DNA from: Dicyema japonicum
Taxonomy: Eukaryota > Animalia > Dicyemida
Reading direction: 5' to 3'
Length of the DNA: 64,000 nt
NCBI GenBank assembly: GCA_011109175.1
Contig: RDEW01000030.1
Span: 552,094 to 616,093 of the forward strand
Both the position numbers and the translations under genes were made by a program. The notes below the pieces were generated by a model, which did no database searches, was not told the DNA's origin, and worked only from the letters and a program-made list of their open reading frames with translations. Positions 10,746 through 23,085 of this stretch are shown one piece after another; the stretch's first letter is position 1, and each line of letters begins with the position of its first letter.

Positions 10746-11974
10746 ATGGTGATTTTACTAAGTCACAAATAGAGTGTTAATTATCTTATTGAGGATTTGG
10801 AAAAAATACGGGATTATTATCTGTCAAAATACAAGAAATTGCTAAATCAAAAAATTAAAGGAAAATCGGTAAAGTTGATAGATTTGTATCCCAAAACAAC
10901 AGTTATAACGGAAACTGCCCCAAGAATACTCTTAAAAGAACGTTTCAAGCTTCAAAATCATCCAATAACTTTTAAAAAATCGACATTTCAACGTGTAGCC
11001 AACTTTTATAACTCAAAGCTTGCGGAATTTGAATATAATTTGAAGAGAAGGGGGATATTCGTAAATCGAGACAAACTCCAAGAACTTTTTGAAAAAAATT
11101 TAAAAGAAAAAAGCAAGCAAACAAAACCCGATTCCACGGATCCCCCCAAAACTGGTGAACTCAATGAACCAAATCTTTAGAACCTCCTGATGAAGGGAAG
11201 CCAACTTATAAAAAGACGATTCCAAAATTGATTAAGAAACACAATATTATCGAAGAAAGGAAGTATAAAACCGACCAACAAATAAACGAATACGTCCAAG
11301 AATCAATCAATGAAGTTTACAAGCAGTACCCTCAGGTTTGTTACCTTTCCATACCATAAGGCTAAAATGGCTGAGTTGACTTCACTGAAAATTGATCTGG
11401 GGGAATCCCATACTTCAGGGGGTCAGAATGTGGTATTGTCTGGGTTTTATTTATCAGACCGGTACTTCTACTCAAGTATACCAAATAAAAAACAAAATAA
11501 AGCTGATGATTAACAAGAAAGTAAGAAAATACGCGGACAAGTCCATGAGGTGATTTTCAGCTAATTTCAGATTGCTGGACACGAAGGAGTTTGACATTAA
11601 TAAAAATGTCAAAAGTTTAGCAATCCGAGATGTTGACCTTAATTTGTTACTATAGATCTATGAGGCCACGTTCGATACTAAGGTGGAAGAACGTTGCAAT
11701 AGCATAAATACGGGAGAACTATTTTCGTCAGTGATAAGCGATTTTCATGACACCAATCTCACTTTAAGCGAATCATCAGGATCATTGGATGAATTCAATC
11801 AGTGACCTCATAGTATTATTTAGAAGAAAGGAGATTTCAGAGCTGAGTAAAATTGTGGATTGGGACGAACTCACAAAAGAAGGAAAAGTAATAGAATCGG
11901 TAACAAAAACTATTCATAATTCAGAATTCACAACCTGCAGAAAAAACCACGTGGACGAACTACAAAGTAAATGA
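10746..11974 (+). CDS. Hypothetical Lys-rich protein, 353 aa, 7 tiny introns
   Basis: Introns 10749-10772 (24 nt), 11155-11180 (26), 11336-11360 (25), 11433-11457 (25), 11550-11570 (21), a 24-nt intron near 11632-11655 and a 22-nt intron near 11802-11823. Splicing gives a continuous 1062-nt ORF ending at TGA 11974. No family recognised. Confidence 0.7.
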
Positions 11975-12429
11975 TGAATAAAAATAACTTTATGGGCAAA
12001 CTAAAACCATTTAATATTTTTGTTAAGACGTCTTCTCGTAGAAGTAACACAGTGGAGTTTCTTAAAGTTCCTTAATTTCTTTCGGTCATATTTGGGCCTC
12101 AAACGAGTCATTAGTAAAATAAGGATTTGTTTACAAAATAATAATTTGATTCAAGCTATTTTCATCGTAACGTCTCCATAGGTTACTTCCCCTAATCACA
12201 GTTGGGGGTTTATCAAATAGAAGTTCTAAAAATTTTGTCGATTATCCTCATAACCTATTTGAGTACAAAAGTCACCTCATGTTTTTTTATAGCTACAAAA
12301 TTATATTTAATCACAGAAGCACTTTGTTTCTAATAATAAAAAAAATCGATTTTAATAAAGTTAGTTATCTCCACTAACATGGAAAAATCTAGGGTTAAGT
12401 TCAATGGTAGTTGAAATAAACTATCTGGT

Positions 12430-12830
12430 AGTCGTTTGGTAAGGGGGAGAGATTGAGTTTGTTCGCAACAAAAGTGAGAAGCTTTCTCCATGAGCAGGTG
12501 GGACACATGAAAAATTCAATATCGAATTCTGCGTCACACGAAATATACTTTACGGATTTTTGGAAACATCAGCTTTTGGCAGTTTCCGCACAAATCGATG
12601 ACTTGAGCAGATCCGCGCTGGAGAAAGTACAAGTTGAAACCCAATCAAGACACCTCCCATGACTCTACGGTATGGTCGTTGCGCCATTCGATCTCTTGCC
12701 ATCACCTCTGTCAAGTCCAAAGGGTTCAAGAAAGCAAATAAAACCGACGTCTTTGATAACCACCCTTGATATTTTAATTCCATCAAATGAAGTGCCCCCA
12801 TTCGGTTTAGATGAGCGACGTACCTCTATT
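12430..12830 (-). mobile_element. CRE-type RLE C-terminal remnant
   Basis: LEPFGLDRGDGKRSNGATTIP*SHGRCLDW.STC motif. Confidence 0.7.
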
Positions 12831-13757
12831 CAAAGAATGTCAATTAAGCTTCATGATAGATGTAAGCTTTTTGTCTTCCCGTGAGCATAGAAGAAATTAC
12901 AGACTCAGAAGACATCAAAAAACCGAAGTTTTTAGCAAAAGAAGCGTCGGGTGCATAGAGAATCTTATCCCTTCTAGCCAAAAATTAAAAAAAAACTTGG
13001 AGAAACGTCTATAAAATGATAGTTAATATGACTCTGTATGTTGCTAAGGGTGGTGGTTGCTACTCTGTGAAACATCTAAATAGGTCAGAATGTCTGGACT
13101 TTGGTAATGTCATACAACCGTGAATGCTTCAAGAATTCAGTTATTCAAGACTAGATTAGTTTTGACGGCAATACTAATGAACAAATGACCGAATATTGAT
13201 TAAAAAAAAGAACAATCGACAATTTTGTGCATTAAAGATGATTTTCTATTATTGTAGCTACGGATAGCTTTGTGGTTAAAATGTAGTATAACAGTGGCCT
13301 AGGTTCGGTTCCCGTCTGCTGGATACATTTGGCTGGTTCTTTTTCTATGTTCTGTCCCCTTCTTCCCTCGTTCAATTAGAGTAGTGCCATGCGATCTACA
13401 CGGTAAGCGTTTTATCATAAAATTTACAAATACTAAAAAACATTGAACAGCTATATTATTAGTTAAATCAAATTTATTTTATTGTTCCAATTTTTCGTCA
13501 ATAATGTCACTAATAAACATGTAGAGCATAATGAATCCAAAGGCTGCCACAAATAGAAAGTTATTGATCGTGTTCAGCTGAAGTTCGTTAATCATCTAAG
13601 AATAACAACAAAAAATAACACAACACTGATAATTTTTAAACTTTAATTATTTTATTATTAAAATATTTTTTAACAATAATAATAATTTAATGAAAGAAAA
13701 TCAACTCTAAGTAATTAAATTAAATTAACACTAATAAAAAAAATAATAATGCAAGCT

Positions 13758-14064
13758 AGCTGTGGCACCATGTGGTGCTTCGTGGCTAATTGGTTGAAGT
13801 TTCTGTTGTTCGTCTGTTCTTTCTCTTTTTTCCTATTAGAGTGGCGTCATGTGATCCATTGTCTAGGTGGCGTCCAGTGCCAGGCCGGCACGAAAAAGTA
13901 TCATTTACTCTCCCCCACTCCACTGGAGGGGTTTCCACAACTGCAAGTATGGACGTCTTTTACCCTTTATGCTAATTACCGATGGACTCTGTTTCTGTAG
14001 AAGTGGAAACTGGATGCAGTTGTTTACTTTAACCTCTTTCTCGGTGTATCCGAGGTTAATAAAT
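13758..14064 (+). mobile_element. Full-length SINE-like element (family A), 307 bp, 9-bp TSD
   Basis: ATGCAAGCT is duplicated at 13749-13757 and 14065-14073. Related segments occur at 20543-20632, 23010-23085, 46084-46250, 53003-53219, 55677-55865, 56490-56545 and 61800-61920. Confidence 0.8.
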
Positions 14065-14309
14065 ATGCAAGCTGAATTCTTCTCCTCTTTGGGCATTGGC
14101 CCTTTGTATCACCCTCACTGATCCCTCGTATACCACTTAAGAAAGCGAATCATTAGACAAGACAGCTGTTTCTCCTAGTTCCTCTTCGACGTCACTTCCG
14201 AGTTCAGAGTCTCTTGAGATAAGATGATTAGTCACTCTTGTAACCTCATCATAGTTATCAACTTTCAGCCCATGTCTATGCTCGATTATCATGTTCTCTA
14301 AAGTTTTTT

Positions 14310-14935
14310 TTAATTGTCACTGATTGGATACACGCCCTTGTAGAGACATCCACGTTGAGTCTTTCCATATAGGACTTGTAGTACTTTGTTACTACTCCAT
14401 AATCATTTATATAGGAAATGAGAGCCATGCTCTTCCTCTCCCAAGCAACAGTCTAGACCATCCTTGCCACTCTCTATGCAAACCCCAAAACAGAAGAAAA
14501 ATTATTATGACAACCATGACTTGTCTCGAATGCTATCATCTATCACCCCCAATGACAGGAGTCGTCTGAAACAGATACACGATTTTGTTTGTACGAGAAG
14601 CATCCGAAGACTTGATGATAATAAAATACTACACGACCCCCTCCTCCAATAGACCAATCAGAATCCTTTCGTCGAGGGACGTCCGAGTAAACCTGGCTCG
14701 TCTACGATGTGGGCATCATCCCTATCTACCAACATACGATATCCTCTGTCCCTTTTGCAACCTCTACGTGTTAGCAACAAACCACCTATTTGAATGTCAT
14801 GAATAAGCACAACGTCCGTCTACAATGCCGGGACTGACCGATCTATGGGAGCGACCAACATCTGCTCCGTCTTATTTAATAGCTGCTGGTCTCCTACAAG
14901 TTAGTGAGGCTGAGGTTACTTAACTAACTAACTAT
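14310..14935 (+). mobile_element. I-group/Ingi-Vingi-like LINE 3' remnant
   Basis: LARLRCGHHP..CPFC..TNHLFEC zinc knuckle and DLWERP, followed by a TAAC-rich tail. Confidence 0.75.
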
Positions 14936-15639
14936 ATTAGGTCAGGGGTTTTACGGGTCATCAATCAAAGAAGACACATATGACCATTATGTAGAATTTT
15001 TATGCCGAAAATATAAAGCTCAAGGGCCTCATATTCTCATTCTCATCCTATTAAAAGAACATCCAAAGAACTATCTAATTGAAGAAATTCAAAAAAGCAG
15101 TTACACGGAGTCCCCTTCCACTGTTTGTGTGATATATCGCCGAATTTTCCCTTTGGTTATCGGACGGGAACAACTCTTCCAGATCTGAATAGATTCTGTG
15201 TCTAACAAAAAACCGAAACTTTTTCTTTGATAATGCTGGGGCCAGTTAGAGTCACTTCAACTGTGCCAAAAAAGATAATATTGTACCAATCGTACTAACA
15301 TGGGTATTGTGAACAAATTCTACAGACACCTTCACAATTCCCTGAAAGTGGAGGTTCCAATTCGAGATTATATCCAATCAACCGTCATCAAGAAAACCTT
15401 GAAGAGTGTGTTTATAAAGCACAAATATAAAATGACTTTCTTGGACGATTTCTAGAAAACGTATAGCATAAGGAGAACGAATAAAGCAGTATCATCGTGC
15501 CAAGACAAAGTGCCAAATCATAACAAAAGAGCGACATTATTCTCTGTACTGTTGCACTTTAAAGGAAATTACATGCGAAACAATGTGATTGATTGACTGG
15601 ACCAATCTGACATTTAAGGTCTCGTGGCAGAATCCCATT

Positions 15640-16260
15640 CCTAGATAAATGCTACCAAGACTACTCTGCGCATATGAATACGTGGATTGAAGAATCAGTT
15701 GAATTTAATTAATACTCTTTTCGAAAGGAGTGATTTAGTACTGTAATATAACAACGTCCCCTTTTAAAATGTCAAACCATGAGAGAAACAGACCATTAAA
15801 GGTATCATCGGATCTACAAAAGTTCTAATTTGGGGTACTCAATGACATAACGGTAAATAGTTCCTTTAAGTGAAAAATATAAATACCTCCAATTTTGTGG
15901 GATAGCAAGCTACTGAGTTTGGTATTGCCGTTTGAAGATATGCTTGTTAGTATCACTATACGAGGACCCAGGTCATGTAGAAAGTTAATGGCATTGACTG
16001 CTGACTTTAAATCTTTCAAAGCTCGTTTTGAGAGGAATCTAACAAAGTAGAATCAACAAATACTCTAATTCAAACTGGTCGGGAGTGATAATATCTGCAA
16101 GAGGAATAAATGTATTCATGAACCCCGACAGGAGGGATTCGTCAACGTACTAAAGATTTAGTTCATGCAGCACTGAACACTGACTTTAATCCAATAATGA
16201 ATCAGATTTAGTTAAGGCTAGGAAATCCAAGAAGAGTCCGCTGATATATCGTCCATAACA
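15640..16260 (-). pseudogene. PDXK: Pyridoxal kinase (PDXK), decayed or mis-assembled
   Basis: YVDESLL..FIPLADIITPDQFELE, a 25-nt intron, then FLSKRALKDLKSA..LHDLGPRIVILTS and EYPKLE..GSDDTFNGLFLSW. Two indels near 15811-15825, an in-frame TAA near 15706, and no recognisable N-terminus. Confidence 0.6.
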
Positions 16261-16899
16261 CTGTCTTTATACCTCGAAATTCTTTGAAATTTGCATTTAT
16301 TAAGTTCTACCTATTCATCATCGCTGGTGGGATATCTCCTCTTTCTGTATAAATCGAGATCAAGTGGAGGAGCCATTGGGTTTCAGGACTTCATGGCTCC
16401 TAAGTGTAGCCAGACGACCCAGGCTTTTAGGAAAAGACTACTGCTTATTACTCCAGTTTTCTCAACGGAAATCGCACAGAATATTTATTGAATTCCTAAA
16501 AACTATTAAATTCGTCAAAATATGAAAAATCTTATTACAATTTGACAAACTCTTTTGTAACCCCCAGTTCCTGACGTGACGAGAATAAATGACCAAGTAA
16601 TCAACTATTCCTCCAGAAGATCCTTAATTCGAAGCATGGTAAATATGGTGGATGGGCAAAATTCGGTTCTAATTTCTTACGAAAGCATTTGTGAGGTCAC
16701 ATCTATCTTGGGGAGATGAAGACATTTCGTACAATAGAAGTATGTTACCACTTTAATCATCCAACCAACTAACCATTTGGCTGCTTCCTATTTTGTCAAG
16801 AAAATGAACTTTATGACCTTGTTGATCTTAATTATGAAAAATTCCTGCCAATTATTACAGTTTCTAGAAACAAATTGAAAACAGGGCTATTCCAGATGA

Positions 16900-17640
16900 T
16901 TTCTATTGCTATTGTGAGAGTCCATCAATTATGTGAATAAAAAACTTAATATATGGTAACAGTCAATCTGGTTTCCGCATCGGCATGGATGCAGCACACA
17001 GACTTTTAATCCGAGTCGTAATGAGATCCCAATACGGACGCATTCATCATCCAGAAAAAGACCTAAAACTTCATTAGGAATGGCACCGACTTCAGAAGAC
17101 GCCCCGACAACAAACAAGTACAGATCTTAAATGACTTCCGGATTACGACATCGTCCAGACCCCGTTGAGAGATCATGCAACGTTGGGAAAACTAATAGGT
17201 ATGGCTCCAGGACTCACGAGGATGACAGAAGTTCTGGTCAGTCAGGGAGGAAGTGTACAATCCTTTTAAAAAGGGTGTTACAGGCCATTATCAACGAGAG
17301 ATATACAGATAGAGAAATGTCTATAGAGCTGTGATTCCAAACTCTCCGAGTCTGAGTGGCAGTTTGGTCTGCTTTCATGAGTATTCCTGAAACTGGACGT
17401 TGAAGATACACTTCCGTCAATGTGTACGATTTTGTCGAATTGGGTGAAATAAGGAGCAGTCCTCAAGACAAGCCTCTGTACGTTGAGGCTGTTCTTTTGG
17501 AGGAATAATGATGTATGGACATTAAGTAGACACAAGCGGTCAAACTCAAAAAGATCCAAGGGCCCATTAGATAATATGAGTATACAAGCGGGCCACACTA
17601 ACAAATCTAAAAAAAACTTATAAAGTGTAACAATTTTCAA
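16900..17640 (-). mobile_element. CRE-type retrotransposon remnant (post-RT region to zinc knuckle)
   Basis: HTSLFLQKNSL..LRTAPYF, (W)KQTKLPLRLGEFGI, QRGLDD, LGLFLDDECVRIGISLRLGLKVCVLHPCRCG. Confidence 0.75.
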
Positions 17641-17649
17641 GTTTACTAC

Positions 17650-18260
17650 AACGGTTATATTAATCTAACGCTCCACAACGCCAAAGATGTCTTCGCTCGT
17701 TGTATTGTCATGCATTAAATTTACTGTCACAGGCCTGTATAAAAACTGCATGTTGTGCTATTCCAGTGATGTCAATGGTCTCATCAATAGCAATAGAGAA
17801 GTGTTCAAATTTCGATGATGCAGCCTTCAACTGTTGTTTCAAATCATCCTCCATTTCATTAATCCGTCCAGCGAAAGTGTTCCTGGTTAATGAAGCGTCC
17901 TTAAATAACTGTTCTTTCTACGGGCACACAATATCAATTGTTTTTCATTCACTATAAAATTTGCCACTCATGGGGATCATTCGCCTGAATTCATACCTTG
18001 CAGTAACAGAAGCGACATTACCATACTCTATTTTTTGTAAAACATGCCTATTGCTGTGTCAACTTAGCCTTCTATTCTTTGAGTCTTGAAACCTCGTATT
18101 TATCGCAGATCGATGGTTAGTTTCATAATGTCTTTTTAAGTTGTACTCTTTGGTGTGGCAATGCTGTTACTACAGCTAAACAGTGTATCTTTGCATTAAC
18201 ATTATGCAAAAGTACTGTAGTTCACATTTTTCTTAAATACCCGTCTTTCTTCAAGTTTCC
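17650..18260 (-). mobile_element. hAT (SPIN/Charlie/GTF2IRD2-like) transposase pseudogene, N-terminal part
   Basis: KEYNLKRHYETNH, SLTRNTFAGRINEM..FSIAIDETIDITGIAQ, TTSEDIF. Confidence 0.8.
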
Positions 18261-18719
18261 TTTTCTTCATAGCTGAATAATAATAAAATTATCGCCAATA
18301 AATGAATCAAGTTCAGTATCATGTTATGGACTTAAGCGTCCAGTGCTCCGTCGACACGTGGAAGCACGAACACGTAGGAAACTAACGTTGTTCTGGAAAC
18401 GTTCATATATAAAAACGAGTGTAAAGTTTATGAACGTCTTCTGACAACTTAGAATGCTCATAACCACGACTTGTCAATTTGACGCCATTAACAGGGGTAA
18501 AATTGTTCAAAATGATTATCTACAAAGCAAGGAAACTTTCATTGAGTAAAATTTAATTTTCGACAAGACAATTGGAAAGAAGAAACGATTATCAAAAAAC
18601 TGAGTAGTTTAGAGGAAATTAACTCACCTGATAGTGACACTACTAGAATGGGTCAACAGGGAGATTAATAAACAGGTCAAATACAAAGGCCTGAAATGTT
18701 AGACAAAGTTATTCAAAAT

Positions 18720-19380
18720 CCTCATGGAAACCCCCACGAGATCTATAATGTTTACGTGTTATGAAATCAACAGAGTAATCACAATAACCCTCAACTCCAA
18801 GAACGGAGGCCTCTCCATTGCTATCATGGAACTTAAGCACATAGATCTTTACCCAATAGAACTACCAGAATTCATATCGATCGACATTAATGTCATTCCA
18901 GACATGAAAAAATCACAAATTAAGAAAATACCCGAGCCAAACAAACTTATAAATGAGTTCCAATTCCATCCATATTCACTCTCCAGAATCCTTGGGAAAC
19001 TAGTTCTCAAACGTATCCAAGATTCAATCACTATATCCTTTTCAGCACCCTTCATTATAAGTCAACACATTTAGCTACCGTCTCGCAATTTATCGGTGAA
19101 GAATTTAACGCAACAAAGCCTCATCATAAAACTGTCATCGTGTGTGCTATTCGAAGGAAGCATTCGATTCCGATCATCAGAAAAAAACTCACAAAAGAAT
19201 ATTTTCTAATTAAAGAAAGCAGAGAATAAAGAAGTCACTCGACCAGGCAAGTAAAGACATGGAAATCGACCCTACAGCTAATTGCGATACGAGCGACAGC
19301 ACTAATCAATATACTACCTGTTCAGATTATTTAATTTATTAACCTCGAGACCAAAAGATGAAAGAGTTATCGTCTAAATT
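18720..19380 (+). mobile_element. Highly degraded I-group/Ingi-Vingi-like RT remnant
   Basis: IPEPNK..SLSRILGKLVLKRI and SQFIGEEFNATKPHHKTVIV..AFDS resemble the intact copy at 36918-38072. Confidence 0.55.
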
Positions 19381-20542
19381 AAGTGATCCCAGTGTCCATA
19401 CCAGGCTTTCCCCTGTTTTGGCGTCATGAATTAATCTCCACCTGGTCAGATAACACAATTATTTATTTTATTTATTTAAAACCAAGAATCACAGACAAAA
19501 TAAAAGTCAGATAACAAATAAAAAATTTCAATTTTATTTATAGAAAAAATGAAAAATTAAAAGCATAATTAAAATTTATTTTTTTAAACCCTACACGAGA
19601 ATATTTGGAATACTTAAATTCAATCTAAGTCTGAATTCTACACTGGAATACTCAGCAGTATTATCATTGGAACAATGATTGTCACTTAAAAATAAAATAT
19701 TAGTTGGGAAAATAAAAATTTTGACCTGTCACGTGGACAGAACATTCATTTACTAACAAGGAATAGTTTCTTATTGGACTAGAAATAAGACCAATAAAGA
19801 TGTTTTCGTCGTAAAACTTTTTGCTCCTTTAAATGTTAGTAAATATAAAAAAATATGAATTTGACAAATTAAGTGGATTTGAAGCACAAAAATAAGCAGA
19901 GAAATCGCACAAATTTTACAGAACATAACGAAACCGCCGAAGCTTTAATGTAAAACAATAGATGCCATATTTTCCTTGCAACACTTAATGCTTGTTGGCT
20001 AACAAAATTGAAAAAAATTTATTTTACAACGTAAAAAACTTTAGCGTATTTGACTACGATATTGAAGTTATTACGGCAAAGTAGTTGTCTACCTCCAAGA
20101 TACCTCATTGTGACTCATATAATGGAGTTATGTAACCAGATACATTCAATTTTCTCTAAATTTTCTAAACAAAAAGTATAAAACTAGTTAAATCCCAAAC
20201 AAGAGAGCGACCTTTCGTAAATGAGAGATCTCATCTCATCTGATTTTCTCCCATCTTCTCGATCAATTCTGACAAGTTCAAGGATTGAATACTTATAAAA
20301 AACAATAAAGACTTTATTTAAAAAGAAAAAGAGTAAAGACTTTTAGTTAAGAGGCTTGGAATGTGATGGCGTTCCCTCAAATCACCACCATTTATGAAAT
20401 TAAGAATTTATTAAGTCAATATTTTCAATCTCATCGATAATTATTTCCATTTCATCGGAAATACCGTCATATTCATTCTCTAATTCAACATATGCGACAA
20501 GGCTGTTTTTGATAACCTTTTGGTGTAAATTCTTTGACATTG

Positions 20543-20632
20543 ATGACGTCACTTTAATAGGAAGGGAAAGAGGAGGAACAGACAAAATAAACAGAAAACT
20601 TCAACCAATTAGCTACGTAGCACCACATGGCG
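20543..20632 (-). repeat. Family A SINE 5' head only
   Basis: Reverse complement CCATGTGGTGCTACGTAGCTAATTGGTTGAAG..CCTATTAAAGTGACGTCAT aligns with 13767-13850. Confidence 0.8.
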
Positions 20633-20725
20633 ATCCAGTGACTAAAATAGTAAAATTCTAACTTAAATAAGAACCATAATTTAATTAGTTATAAAATATT
20701 TAAATAAAAATTTAAAAAGAGTAAA

Positions 20726-22950
20726 ATGGCGGTCAATATTATCGGTACAATGCGTGTTGTTTAGAAAGAAAATGACTTTTACTTAACAAAATTTAAATTC
20801 TCACTAAATTATGTCTATTCAAATTACAAAGACTGTCCATATCTTCAAGGGGACCTTGAAGAATACAACAAATTTCTGAGTTTAAACGGTAAACTAGTAT
20901 AGGTCATCGTAGAATGTTGCCAATATCTATATGTGAGGATATTTATGAGAAAGTTTAAGTGGCATTCAAAGGATAGCGTAAAATACAAAGAAATTATCAA
21001 TTTTGAGGAAACTTACGCTACTTTATGCGCAAAAAACTACATTTTAACAGGTTAATTCATTAAACATTTTAGAAAACAAGTTAGAAGACACTGAGGAATG
21101 CTTGAAGTTAGTAAATGCCCGGAATATTAAAAGACTGGGGAAAGAACTAAAAATCCCGGCGTCAACTATAATAAACAAAAATTCCGTTTCGCAGTTTATA
21201 TCCAAGTTAAAGCGACAATCAAATTCGATGGAAAACTTTTTAAAAATAAAAGATAAAAATTATATATTAAAATTGTAAACTATTAAATAAATTTTACCAG
21301 ATTAATTAAATATGTGGGAAATTCATGTAAATTGAACGAAAAAGTGAGAAATTCCTTTAATAGACTTTTCATCACAATCTGCCTCCCCCAACTGCAAGAG
21401 GGCCCAATTAACGTGTACAATTTATCATTATCTCCTAGTTCCGAGTTTTTCGGCGAAATAGTCAGGACTCGGTTTTTAAATTACGAAATTTCCACTAAAG
21501 TCGACCTGTTCTTATCGAAAGAAAGTTTTTGCGGGTAAAATGTTCCAAAAATAAGATATTACGACTGTTTGCTACTGGAACTCGACCTTTTGGAGGGAAT
21601 TCGACGACAAAATTGGAGGTTTGTGATCGGCTTGGTGGAAAAGGCCCACAATATATTGATCTCTGCGTCTCCTTCAAAGTTTTTTTTATGTGGATTGAAG
21701 GGAGTCGATTCCTGAATGGCTAGATTTCTTACGCCCAGAAGTTGTTGCTGTGAGGATCATAGAGCACGGGATTACGGGATTTGTCAAGTTAAAAGAGTGA
21801 GTTTTGTATGAATTACTAGGTTCGAACGTGAAGTCTTCTACCTAGAGTTCCTCTTGAACACTCAGACAGCAGTCACGTGGCACAGAGGACGATGGTGGCA
21901 GAGATTAGTTCTAGTATATCAAATCTACATTAAAGATGACAATAAAGTTCTTATTATTGGTATTTGTAGGCCATATCAGCGGTACTATCAGCTCTGAGTG
22001 ATCCTTTTGTTCTTACTGACCGCCTATATTGGCTTTGTCAGCGAGGAATCAAACTCTTGCCATCAAATGATCCACGAAGACACAAAATTGAAGAGAACAG
22101 GCCTACTGTTAGTCCACCAGTGGTATTTGTGGGACTTATACAGAGTGTCCACATTCAGAGACAGGCCATTTCGTCCTCAATGCTTGCCTCAGGGAGAAAA
22201 ATGATTTTTGTTGACTCTAGAATGACTCCTGTAAGTGTTGAACAGTCGGTTTTGGAGTATTACTTGGATGTGAAGGGATTCAAATATGGTTTGCGGTAGT
22301 TACTCAGTTTGGGTATCCATGGTGAGGGGTGATCTTCACCACTTTAGCTGGAGTGTTGTTCTGGAGGGAAATTATTGCTCCAGTAGACGATGTCTTCATC
22401 TCCCCCTTTCAGAACAGACCATTGGACTCTTATTCTTCATTTTTACAAAAATAGAAAGGAATTGATCGATAAGCGACTAAGTTGGATCGCAGATTGTCAT
22501 ATTGATGTTGTTAGTGGGTATATTTGTAGAAACTGGTTGAATATGCCTCTGAAATATGGGACTCCTACCATGGTGTTGTTCTCTATTTGGTTGATTGGGA
22601 GATTTTTGGTGATAAGTGTACTATGGCTGTATTCCCTTTGGTCATTGGCATAGAGTCTTCTCAGGGCCTTTCCTAGGGAAGCCTTAGTTGGTGTGGTAGG
22701 AAGGATTATCAAGTCGTATAAACCACTGAGAGCGGGGATGCCTGATCTTTGTTTGTGGAATGAAGACCCTCCTAAAGTGAAAGTAGTTGTGGTGTTGTCA
22801 TATTAGTTGGTGGAAGTCAAAGGTCCCGGGGACAGTCTTTCAGATAAGCAAATTATTTGGGTGGATTTTTTGATGCATTTGAATGGAATTGAGTGTGATG
22901 TGTGTTACGTGACTCCATTGAATGATAAATTCTTAAAGAAAATTGAATAG
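20726..22950 (+). CDS. FAN1: Fanconi-associated nuclease 1 (VRR-NUC); broken as written by two indels and one non-AG acceptor
   Basis: YLYVRIFMRKFKW, RGRWWQRL, GIHGEG, FQNRPLD, GMPDLCLW and VEVKGPGDSLSDKQIIW; TAG at 22948-22950. About 12 introns of 21-33 nt. The start exon is less certain. Confidence 0.88.
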
Positions 22951-23009
22951 CGTTTACTTTTATGTTATTTGACAAATAAAGTTGTATTTTGTGCTTATGT
23001 GGGTAAAGG

Positions 23010-23085
23010 ATTGCTTTCTGTTTTTTCTATTCCTAAGAGGCGTATGAGATCACTCTATCCAAAGAGACGCCCAGTGTCCGGCCAA
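23010..23085 (+). repeat. Degenerate family A head
   Basis: TTCCTAAGAGGCGTATGAGATC..GAGACGCCCAGTGTCCGGCC resembles 13831-13888 and 61859-61904. Confidence 0.5.

Noticed and set aside
17278-17640. VHIDGS read as an RNase H motif
   Set aside because: The surrounding residues and adjacent frames match the CRE post-RT region instead.
18300-18720. Possible FLYWCH/MULE N-terminal remnant
   Set aside because: Only a weak C..H.H pattern with many stops; not enough to call.
20400-20585. 61-aa acidic ORF
   Set aside because: Its start lies inside a SINE head; it has no introns, promoter context or recognisable family.
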